A stretch of 64,000 nt of DNA, taken from NCBI RefSeq assembly GCF_020745735.1, contig NC_083429.1:50325877-50389876 (forward strand). The letters are read 5' to 3'. The position numbers and the translations under genes were made by a program. Below, piece after piece: positions 39,990 through 51,200 of this stretch (position 1 is the first letter of the stretch; each line of letters starts with the position of its first letter). The stretch comes from Hemiscyllium ocellatum. Taxonomy: Eukaryota. The notes under the pieces were generated by a model that searched no databases, was not told the DNA's origin, and was given only the letters and a program-made list of their open reading frames with translations.

Positions 39990-40405
39990 TGCCTCACTGG
40001 ACACCACGCACACCTGAGAGGGCGTATGTTCAAGACTTGCCCTAGGGACCTGAGCACAACACCTGTACTGAGGGAGTGCTGCATTGTCACAGGAGCTGTC
40101 TTCTGGATGCGGTGTTAACCCAAGGTCCTATCTACCTCACGGGTAGGTCCCAAAAGATCCTCTGACACTATTTTGCAGAGGAGCAGGGGCATTCTGTGGA
40201 GATTCCTGATCAACATTTCTCCCTCAATCAGTAGTACATGACAAAAAAAATCATGTCGTCATTGTAACAAGGGAGAGTTTTCTGTGCACAGAAGGTGTTG
40301 CCATCTTTCCTGTACCACAACAGTGACTTAACTTTCGAAGTATTTCAGTGAATGTAAAGCACTTTGGGACATCTTAAAAGACATTATTAAAATGCAATGC
40401 CTTTT
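39990..40405 (+). mobile_element. Deu-domain-like SINE (SacSINE1/AmnSINE1-like); partial copies at about 14860-15030, 31880-32115, 36740-36940
   Basis: gttaacccaaggtcc...aaaagatcc...cactatttt..agaggagcagggg core and L2-like tail; family naming from memory, not searched. Confidence 0.6.
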
Positions 40406-40678
40406 GTCTGGAATATGGCTCAGAATTTCCTGGGAGCTGTTTCATCTGTGTGGCTGTACCTTTCCTGTAAGAGTGGGGAAAACATCCCTTCCCACCAGCA
40501 CTTTGGTGAAGCAATGTGCAGGCAAAAGCACAGTTACAGCAGCTCTGAGGAAATTCAGGACCGAAGCGTTTTAACTGGTTGAATTTGCATTGCCTGTGCC
40601 CCCTGTAAGCAAAGTGTTAGCTGTATATCACCAGTGGGTAGGTACTTCTACTCATGGCGCTTGCTGTGGTCTTTCTAG

Positions 40679-40766
40679 GAAGGAGTGCCTGGTAAACTCC
40701 TGTGCCAACACTGAGCGTGGACATTATGGTTCCAAAACCGACCTCAAAACCCCACCAAAGGCTTGA
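40679..40766 (+). CDS. SCN4B: SCN4B terminal coding exon 5 (KECLVNSCANTERGHYGSKTDLKTPPKA*)
   Basis: Acceptor ggtctttctag at 40678; phase-2 junction AA|G; KECLV matches human KECLVSSSGNDNTENG; TGA at 40764-40766. The exon sum 88+179+220+130+88=705 nt is an intact frame. Confidence 0.93.
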
Positions 40767-41503
40767 AGATTGCACCGATTTTAGCATCAGTGCTTAAAGA
40801 CATGTGACGTGCCTATAAAAACACTAGCGGGTACACACAGTTTGTAAGGTAACCTGATTATAGAATGGGGAGGGGAGTGGGTGAATTGTGCACTGATTGC
40901 GCGGGAGAGTTGGGCCATCCATTTGAGACATCACAGTCATGGACATGACTTCATTCCTGACCGCCCGCTCACATGTACTGCCTACCTCTCCCTTCCCTGA
41001 TCCTCAGCACTGTCACATCCAGCTCGGAGATGCTATCTCATGCAACTTCATCGACCTTGCTGCATGCAATTCAATTCATACAGGGATGTACACCAGCTGT
41101 GTAGCACCAGACTTGTGCCGCATGATGCCTTTTATGCCAGGGTTTTACTGTACTTTTCAACTCCTTCCTTTTGACTTGATTGTGCCCCTTGAGATAAATT
41201 GGCTCTCCCGCAGTCAATGACGAGTTAAACCATGCCAGGGCATCTCTCCTGACTAACCCACAATCGTGCTGGGAAGGCCGGGAGGTTGCTGAGAATCTAA
41301 ATTCACTCTGCTGGAACCCAAGTTTTTTTTTCGTCATTGGAAAGATCTTGAGAAATGTCATCCGTTGCAGAGACATATTTAGCCAAACCAGGAATACAAT
41401 GATTAGGCAAGTTGGTTTAAGTTTAGTTGATGGCTGCTTACAGTGAAAAATCCTAAAGAAGTGTCATTCCGGAATCAAAATGTTAACTGTTTTTCTCTCT
41501 CTC

Positions 41504-41597
41504 CTGATGAAGGGCTTTTGCTCGAAATGTCGATTTTCCTGCTCCTCGGATGCCGCCTGACCTGCTGTGCTTTTCCAGCATCACTCTAATCTAGACC
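41504..41597 (+). mobile_element. Short PLE fragment downstream of the SCN4B stop (putative 3' UTR), starting at a hammerhead core
   Basis: CTGATGAAGGGCTTTTGCTCGAAATGTC...; flanked by approximate repeats ctgttt(tt)ctctctc at about 41488-41503 and 41598-41610. Confidence 0.75.
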
Positions 41598-42299
41598 CTG
41601 TTTCTCTCTCATGCCAGACCTGCTGAGTCTGTCTTTTACTTCAGAGTTCCAGTCCATTATAACAGCTGTAAATTTGTGCTCAGCTAACTGGGTTAAACTA
41701 ACTAGCAAGTGTTGGTGGCAGCTGCCCCAAAACAGCACAGGAATAATTCCTATTGGGAAGCAGTGCTATCAGGGACATCTCTGAGAGATTTCCAGTTCAA
41801 CGGCATTGATATGGGTTCGCTTTGGGAAGGTCCACTTGTAGTTTGAAGCTTGGCTGTCTGTGAATGTAGACTGGGGCAATAGTCAGAGATGCCATTGTTT
41901 CTCACTCCCCAGAAACCTAATTTTCTTGTCACCACATATAACTGGGAGAAAAGTGTAGCAAAAGAGGGTAGAAACTGAGAAAATTTATGGTGTGGAAGGC
42001 CATTCGCCCCATGATATCCAAAGTGGACAGAAAAAAGCTACTACCTCTTATCCCACCTTCCGGCTCTTAGTCTGTCACTGTGTTAGTTACAACATTCAAG
42101 ATATAGTCCAAATCTTTAAATGCAATCAGGATATGCTGTCACTCAATCAGTCCTTTGGATAGTGAGTTCCAGACCTTTACAGCTGTCTGGGTGTAAAACC
42201 TGCTCCTCAAAGTGTCTGTAATCTAGATATACCTTTTAATTGTACTTATCATCCATCATAAGGTCAGAAGTGGGCACAACACTCCTGCACAACATTCCT

Positions 42300-43150
42300 G
42301 CACCATTTGCTACTCCTCAAATACTGAAGCAGTCTTTGTTCAAATGCAACAAAATCTGGACAATGTCCAGGCTTGGGCTGACAAGTGGCCAGTAACACTT
42401 GCACCTTAGAAATGCCAGGTAATTACCATCTCCAATAATAGACAATCTAAGCACTGCCCCTTGACATTAAATGGTGTTACCATCACTGAATCACAATGAA
42501 CCACTTCCTACTGACCAAACACACCACATAAACAAAATGGCTACAAGAGCAGCTCAGAGCTAAGTATACTGCAGTGATTAACTCACCTCCTGACTCCCCA
42601 AAGCATGTCCACCATCTACAAAATACATATCAGGAGTGTGATGGATTACTTCCTACTTGCCTGAATGAGTGCAGCTCCAACAATGCTAAAGAAGCTTGAC
42701 ACCATCCACGACAAAGCAGCCCACTTTGTTGGCCATGAATCCACAAGCATCCACTCCCTCCACTACCCATGCTGTGTAGTGATGGTGTGTGCCATCTACA
42801 AGATGTACTGCAGAAATTCACTAAAGATCCTCAGACAGCACCTCCCAAACCCATGACCACTTCCATCTAGAAGGACAAGGACAGCAGGCACAAAGGAACA
42901 CCACCCCCTTCAAGTTCACTTCCAAACCACTCACCATCCTGACTTGGAAGTATATCATCGTTCCTTCAATGTCACTGGGTCAGAATCCTGGAATTCCCTC
43001 TCTAATGGCATTGTGGGTCAACCTACAGCACTTGGATTACAGCAATTCCAAGAAGGCAGCTCACCCCCACCTTCTCAAGGGCAACTAGGATCAGGCAATA
43101 AATGTTGGGCCATCCAGGGCCACCCACGCTCCATGAAGGGATTAAAAAAA
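42300..43150 (+). mobile_element. 3' end of second CR1/L2-group LINE family (also about 59095-59435, -)
   Basis: AWMSAAPT.LKKLDTI.DKAA...YKM.C...RQHLP remnant; tail gggcaactagg...ggcaataaatg shared with the SINE at 2370-2975. Confidence 0.8.
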
Positions 43151-44863
43151 AGTTTGTATCAATATGCCCCCACTTATCAAATCTCTGTAATACCTTGGTG
43201 CATGTGTTGGAAACTCTCAGTACATTGGCATAGCTGTCACTGACACTTGTAGCATAAAGCTACATTATCAGAGTGACCATAAGAGGAGGCCATTCAGCCT
43301 TCTGTTCTTGCTCTGTCACAGAATTAGATTGTGGTTGATTTGTACCTGTACCTCAATCTGACCAACATTACTTGACCTCCTTTGATTCCCTTCCATCACA
43401 GAAATCTATCATCCTCAACCTTAGCAGCTTTAATTGACTCTCAGTATTTTGGAAAGAATGTTCCAGATCTCCACTAGCCTTACATGAAGAAATGTTTCAT
43501 GATTTCACTCCTGAAGCGCATGGCTCTGATAATCCAATTCTGTCCGTTTGTCCTTGATGCCCATTGGAGAAAATATTTTCCTCTCTCCACTCTCTCAAAT
43601 CCTTTAAAGACCTTGATGACCTTTAAAGACCTCCATATTCTGAACACAAGAGATTACAAGCCAAGTTTGTGTAGCACATCCTATGCAATTCAGTCCTTCC
43701 AGCTGTGCATGTCTCTGCATTCCTCCAAAACCTGTATATGCTTCCTGATGTAATGATTGGAACTAAACATAGTTACTCCAGATAATGTGAGACCAAGGCT
43801 CTGTTCGATTGAAATGTAACCTCACTTTGTATATGCTTTGAGCTAAAGGCCAACATTCCCTTAGCCTTCATGATCATAACATATACCTGTTCACATTAGA
43901 CCTTGGACTTATTCCAGTTCATCCCATGTAATAGGTACCATTCGTCCTATCCTTCCAAAAAAGTATTGGTTAGCATTGATTCTCTTCTCAATGTAGATAA
44001 ATTGGAAATATAAAAAAGCTTGTCCATTTATTGGAATGGGACAGCTACTCCCTTATTGCTGTTGTCATTTTTTCCTCCTCTTTTGTTCCTGTATCTATTT
44101 TTTTTCTGAATTTCTTGGTGACTTTCCACAATTTTCTTGTCCCGTTTATTCTTCGGTTGTGGGGCAATACTTAACCAGTTAATGGTTGTCTTATCAAAAC
44201 ATTTGCCGAGGGTGAACGAACTTGAGAAAACATAGAGGGATATAGACATGGCTTGTTACAGGGACAGGAGAACGGTATCCTCACTGGGTTCCTCACTGTC
44301 TTAGTGAGGTTTCTTGAAAATGTTGGGAAACTGGAGCTGATGGGAGTTGTATGGGAATGCTTGGTCTGATGACCCCTTTGTCTCATTTTGATTAAACACC
44401 TTTAACATGGTGCATTCTAGAAGAAGTAGCAATATTAACCATTTCAGTGCTGGGTTCCAGGATAGGACAATGAATTCATGGATGTAGAGGGACTTTCCAC
44501 TTCCCTCTGCTGTCTGACTATTCATCCCCTGGTCATTTTGAGACCTTTGCTGTTAACCTTTGCCACCCCGATCTATTGATGTAACAGAAACATGGTAAAC
44601 AGGAGTATGATCAGGAAAGAGTCCCAATTGTGGGTGATGGATTGCTGGAGAAAGTGTGATTGCCTAAAAACTGCTGACTGTTGTTTCAGCTTTTCTTTAA
44701 CTCAATAGCAGAGCTGACACTGAGTGATATTGATGCTCTCTTAAGTGTGCTGGCATCAGACCAGGGATAGTAAAAAGTGAGGTCTGCAGATGCTGGAGAT
44801 CAGAGCTGAAAATGTGTTGCTGGTTAAAGCACAGCAGGTCAGGCAGCATCCAAGGAACAGGAA

Positions 44864-44899
44864 ATTCGACGTTTCGGGCCAGAGCCCTTCATCAGGAAT
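44864..44899 (-). ncRNA. Minimal type I hammerhead ribozyme motif (intact core)
   Basis: Minus strand reads AUUC-CUGAUGA-A-GGGC-UCUG-GCCC-GAAACGUC-GAAU: helix I AUUC/GAAU, helix II GGGC/GCCC, palindromic ACGU in place of helix III, GUC cleavage triplet. Confidence 0.8.
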
Positions 44900-44910
44900 C
44901 TTCCTTTCCT

Positions 44911-44944
44911 TTCCTGATGAAGGGCTCTGGCTCGAAACGTCGAA
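44911..44944 (+). ncRNA. Minimal type I hammerhead ribozyme motif (inverted twin)
   Basis: UUC-CUGAUGA-A-GGGC-UCUG-GCUC-GAAACGUC-GAA; helix II retained with one G.U pair. Confidence 0.75.
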
Positions 44945-45094
44945 TTTCCTGTTCCTTGGATGCTGCTTGACCTGCTGTGCTTTAACCAGCAACACATTTT
45001 CAGCTCAGACCAGGGATAAAATACTTAACGGAATTTCAATCAAAGCTAAATTATATCATACAAACACAAATAATGTTGGAGAAACTCAACATTT

Positions 45095-45292
45095 CTAACA
45101 GGATGTGTGGAGAAAGAAAAACAGAGTTAATGTTTCAAGTCAGCTATGACTCTTCTTCAGGGTTCTGAAAAGGTATCAAACTGGCTTTGAACTATGAACT
45201 CTGTTCCTCTCTCTCTCCACAGACCCGCTGAGTCTTTCCAACATTTTCTTGCTCGTTTCAGATTTCCAGCATCTGCAAAATTTCACTTCTAT
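45095..45292. mobile_element. Fold-back fragment of a third PLE-like family (a related copy lies at about 28530-28630)
   Basis: Minus strand about 45125-45163 reads CUGAAGA-A-GAGUC-auagcu-GACUU-GAAACAUU; ends in the cagatttccagcatctgca tail shared in style with the main family. Confidence 0.65.
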
Positions 45293-48200
45293 CAAAAATA
45301 TTATCAAATCAGGTTGCAGGAGAGAAAAAAAATACCTTCCTCAGATCTTTCCATTGTTCCAAAACTGAGGTTGTGGCGGGATATTTTCATAGCTTGGAGG
45401 GAAACATCGGACAAAGGACAATGGGGTGATGAGGCAAGTTGAAAACCAGTGTCAGAGATCGTCAAGCGACGAGAATGGTTTCTGGGAGGCTGGTGGATAC
45501 AAAACCCTTGGAACCAATAAGAAGAGTGTTGGCTGCTGTGATGCAATCTCTCTGGGTTGTTGGGCAATAGGGATAGGGTCATGATTGTCTTCATCTAGCT
45601 CCATCTTGAGGTGCTGGTGTCTGAGTGGAGGGAACAATCATTTTCTGATTGGCTTGCATTAACTTTGCCATCCACAAACTTTCCCAAAGTGTTCTGAGAA
45701 AGTTATGATGATGGTCAAAAGCTACCACCCTTTAAACGCAACTGAAAGAAAATGGGGATGAGTTGGGTTGCACAACACCTTAGCCAGTGGCTGTTACTGG
45801 GAGTTGGTGTTTTTACTTCATTCTAAGGCTGTGGGCATCACTGGCCAGGCCAACATTTATTGCCCATCCCTCAAGGCCCTGGAGAAGGTGGTGTTGAGCT
45901 ATCTTCTTGAATTACTGAAGTCTTTGGCATGTAGGGACACCCACAGTACTGTTTGTGAGGGAGCTCCCGGAGTGTGACGCAGTATGGTGAAGGAAAGTCA
46001 AGAGTTTGAAGGCTATGCCGAGAGAAGATAATGTACGAGATTGTGAGCTGACCACACATCAGATATGTTGTATCGCACACCCACATTGGTGGTACACCTC
46101 ATTGAGCTGATGTCAGCACAGAAGTGATGGACATTAATAAAAACCAAGTGTTATAGCACACACCTTGAGTTTGTACTCTAGATTTCGCTGTAGGCTCTTA
46201 TAAATCCATTACAAATCTAGCCCCCCCCCACCCCCCCCACAATCCCCCCCTCCCAACCCTAGCATCCATGCTTACATCCCTCTCAACCTCCCCCTCCTCA
46301 CCATACAAGATCTCTCTGCCCTGCTGTTATATCAGTGGATTAGAATAGTGTTTGTTTTTGACTGGAACAGACTTGATAGGCTGAAGGGCCATTTTCTGTG
46401 CTATTGATCTCTATGATTCTAAACCTCTATGATCAGTTACAATAGGTCATCCTTTCTCAGCTAGGAAGCTCCCAGCTGAGGTTTCCCAGCTGATAGCCAT
46501 CTGGAAAACGGAGAGTTCAGATGTTGGGTTATCTTCAAAAAAGCACCTTCAGTGAAACCTTAATGGTTCATTGCAGTAAAGACAGCAGCTGGAGGAGTCT
46601 AGGGATAATGTTCCCTCCTTTAGATCCGTGTAGAATTTACATAGGGGAGACCTAGGGAGTGGTGAGAATGTGAACTCACTCGCACAGGGTGACGTTGAAG
46701 TGAAAAGTACAAATATGTTTGAGGGGAAGCTGGACAAGGAGAAAGGAGTAGAGAGTAGCAATAGAGAGGAACGGTTATGATGGGGTTGGATGAAGAAAGC
46801 TGGGAGAAGACTCACGTGGGGCACAATCATCAGCAGAGATCAACTGGCCTCTTTCTGTGTTCTAAATACAGCATAAAGGAAATGAGACACTCAAAGATAT
46901 ATGGCAAATTATTCCTCTGCATTACTCTTTTTCCTTATTATGCCTTGGTCCAAATTGATGAGACAAATCACCCTAGTTGTCATGTGATTTGTAAACATAC
47001 AAGAAGTAGTATAAATGTACGCCACTTCTCCATAAGTTTATACCAAAGTCAGAAACTGGATGCAGAAAGACCTTGCACTCCTTGAGAAGCAAGACTATCT
47101 TTCTTTCCAATCTGAACTTCCCACCTTTGGGCACAAGGCACTGGTGCTGTACAGAGTGTCAATATTGAGGTATGAAGAACATAATATGAATGAATTGTCA
47201 GTTTCCAAGATACAATGTGCACTGTATGAGATCAGAACCACTGCTTTACCATTGCAATCATTCAGAAATTCACAAATATATTCTAAACAATATAAAACTC
47301 TGGGAGTATTTGCATAGCACCCAATTACTCTGCATGCCCAATGATATTAAATAACAGAAGATGCTACTCAGGATGCTACCTTTATACAATTTTAGCTCTT
47401 GGCTTTTGTTTTTGGCGATGACTTTCAAAGACATAATTAAGGGGCAAATTATCTGAAGCTTGGTCAGTCGGGAACTTGAAAGATCACTTTAAGATTCTGG
47501 TTGTCATTTTTCTTGACCAAGTTGCCAAAGATGTGCAACTGATTGGGAACTTTCCAGACAAGACCTTTGAGTGCGGTGATGTCACTGTGCCCAGGAAGTG
47601 GTGCAGTCACACACTTCCTGTAATAGAGTTAGTTAAACCTTCCTTCTAAGCAACATGAATACAAATTTGAACAAACATGTGAAGGAAGATGATCTGAATC
47701 ATAAGGGGAGCATTACCAATAGGAATTTATTACTTTTCAAATAAAGCACATTGAGAAAGTTTGGGGAGCTGACAGTGTGGCATGCATAAATTTCTGTCAC
47801 CACTGCTATTGTGTACAAACAAGAACATTGGCAATCATGAAGTGACTTTCAGTTCTTTAATAGTAACAATATTGGGATTAGATTCTATTTACAAAATAGT
47901 TCCAGCAATAATTATTTCATGGAAAAGCAGTGAATGAGCTCCACTCCCCACTCACCTCCAAGTGGTCCTCTTTTGAAGACACAGACATGCGTTCATACAC
48001 TTTATGTATATTCAGGCACTTGGATCCATTGGGGGAGCCAGCTGTTCTTGCATTATGAACGTAGATCTTTGCATTTTCTCACCATCGGGGGGGGGTCCCA
48101 GGCTCATCACTAACTACATGTGGGCATCAGGTAGATACTTTTAAATAAAAGTGACTTAAACCCCTTTGGGATCTATAAACAAAAACTCCTTTCAGGTGGG

Positions 48201-51200
48201 GGGGGTGTTGTCACGCCATGGTAGTGTCTCACTCCTGGACCAGGAAGCCCAAGTTGAAGTCCCACATACTTCAGAGGTGCACGATAACATCTCTGAACAT
48301 GTTGATTAGAAAATAAGTTAATTTAAAAAAAAATTAAAACTTCTTTGGACTATGATAAAACCACTTTGGAGGATCTCATGGTGTTGTGGTAGGGTCCCTT
48401 CCTCTTAGCCAGGCAACTTGGATTCAAGTCCCACCTACTTCAGAGGAGCATGATAATATCTCAGAACCGATTGATGAGAGTATGAAGCTAACTCTATTAG
48501 GTCTCTTGTAGTGCAGTTGTTGCGTCCCCACCTCTGGACCAGGTGACCCGGGTTCATGTCCCATCTGCTCCAACAGTGTGTAATAACATCACTGAACAGG
48601 TTGATTAGAAATCATCCAAAAATTTGGATCCAAAGAGAGCAATTTTAACTTGCAGGCTGGTGTTAGAGACAATATTTGAGTTTTTATTTTACGTATTGGA
48701 TTTGAGGTAGATTAAAATCTGGATGATGTAAAACCAACATTGCATCCATTCCCATTTGAGCAGGAGGAAGTCAACCTGCTCCCATTGGATGGGATGTAGA
48801 TTTAGTTCTGAGTGATCCTGTTGATTCCTCACTCAGTGAGTTAGTTTTCTCTCAAAACCCTGATCCTTCCTGTCAGGAGGGAGACTTCTCCCTTCTCTCT
48901 GGGTTATTAACTCTTGCCAGGATTCAGATTTCAAACCTACTTCCAAAACTGCCAACTTTGGCCTAAATTTGGATCTGAATTTGATCAGCTTTACGAGTGA
49001 TGTGAGCAGGAAGCATCTTAAAAACTCATGACTGCCCCCTAGATTAGCTGATGAGAGAATGGTCAGATCCAGGAAAGCCCAATATCTGACAGAATAAAGG
49101 GTTGGTACCACATGGGAGTCAAAACAGTAACCTACCAAGAAATGGGTCATCACAACACCCCAATGTCACAGAAGCATTCTTGACATCTTCAATGCTTACA
49201 TTATGACGGTGAGGGAGGGGAACTGAATGCCATTGTTGTCGAGACTTGATCCTTCTATGTGTGGGATCCAAGTCTGAACCTGTTCCAAATGTTGAGAGTT
49301 GAAATTTAGCTCAATTCGAGAAGTTGTGGCACAACATTGCGATGATAAGAAGTGGCCTTGGTCTCTCAATGCCACATAAAGAAATACATTGGTGATACAG
49401 CCTCATTGCATGGAATGAATCATTAAGTTGGCATGAAAAATTGCAAGGACCTACAATGATGCCAGCTACAACTATTTTGGCTGAGCCTGTAGTTGATGAG
49501 ACTCGATGATGAGACTCGAACTTGAGAATGCTGCATCAACTTCATATCCAAGGAGAAAATGACTTTTAAGTCACCATCGATTCTGATCAGTACAAAGCTA
49601 ACCCATGTGGAGGTGGTGGGTGGTGAACAAACTGATGCCCTAACCCCGGGGAAAATATTTCTCACCCTGCTGATTGCGTAGGGTTTAAGATGCTTCTTGA
49701 TTCTGCTGAATGGCCACCCACAATGTAACCGACTTGTTATTAGAATTTGCACTGATGTCACTAGATTGAGTGATACTGTGATGCCAGTTACCTCACTATA
49801 CTTGTTAAAATGTAATGCATGTCAGATGTCAAATCACAATATGCTCAAGAAATTTGGGCATTATGAAAGAGACAGCAAGAGTTTATGCAATACCCACAGA
49901 CCCTGTGACCAGTTATCTTCTGGAGGTTCCTTAACCCCAAGAGTGTCCTAGTACACCCCTGTAATGCACCAGTCACCTAAAGGTAATGGCTCACTGGAGA
50001 CCCCAACTGCTCCAGTCAAGTCAACCTGAGGTGCCATGAAGGAGCTGGATTGTCCGCACCCACTGGTCCGGATTGCTAGCACATGGCAGGAGTGTTGCAG
50101 AACTTGTCCCACGCTAGACTGTAACTGACAGAATTCTTCAACTCTGGATTGCTTAGTTTCACAGTTCCAGAGGCCACTACAGAGTTACACATTGCAGGGG
50201 GAGCACAACAGAAGGTGATTTTAAAAAAACTAATGATTTTTGAAAGAAAACACCATTCTAAGTATTTGTAGACTTCCACCTATTAAATAGAGTAGGTGGA
50301 GAGTGGAATTATGATATTTAACTGGATTCTAGTCACTAAACATTGGAGACTTGTACAAAATGGAAGAGTGCTATTTACCGAATGCAGTGCATACCTTGAC
50401 TTTGACTAGATTCCCTACAGGGTGGAAACAGGCCCTTTGGCCCAACCAGTCCACACCAACCCTCCAAAGAGTAACCCACTCAGACCCATTTCCCTCACGC
50501 TATGGGTAATTTAGCATGGCCAATTCACCTGACCTGCACACCTTTGGATTGTGGGAGGAATCTGGAGCACATCCACACAAACACAGGGAGAATGTGCAAA
50601 CTCCACACAGACAGTTGCCTGAGGCTGGAATTTAACCTGGGACGCTGGCGCTGTGAGCCAGTAGTGCTAACCACTGAGCCACCATGCCATCCTTTGTGTT
50701 TTAAAGCTTCACCACCCCATTATTTAATGACCTTCCCACATAGAAAACACTTGGCTTTCCTTCAGTTGAGTTTTAGGAATGAGGGCCCATCCCCCTGACT
50801 CAAATCTTTTGGAACTGTCAATCAAGACATGACCTCCAATCAGAATGGACTACCACCCATACCTTGGATGGGCAAGTCAAAAGATAAAACGGTGACAAAG
50901 GATATACCTCACCATTTATCAAGGGGAGTTAATCATAATTTTACATTATTCGTGGCTTTCTTGAGGAAGAAAATTCAAAATAACATTAATCTTTAAAGAC
51001 ATTAAGTGAAGCTCAAAACAACAGAGGGTCACTATGCCTGAGTGGAAATGGCTGTCTTTACTGGTTGAAGAATGACCCAACTTGATCACACCATCACATG
51101 GGATGGTTGTGTTCCCTTCACTCTGGTGACTGTCAGACTGCAGGACACACACTTTGGACTAGAAGGTAACAGGGCAGAATCTGTGTCTCTCAAACTCTCT

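Larger units (their letters stand above)
44770..45004. mobile_element. Near-perfect fold-back PLE-derived insertion with two hammerheads
   Basis: 96-bp arms 44803-44898 / 44911-45006 (2 mismatches by eye), 12-nt loop; 14-bp TSD TCAGACCAGGGATA at 44756-44769 and 45005-45018. Confidence 0.92.

Noticed and set aside
48210-48615. Repeat-spacer-repeat layout reminiscent of a CRISPR array
   Set aside because: Units are about 100 bp, highly diverged and tRNA/SINE-like; eukaryotic context; no cas genes.
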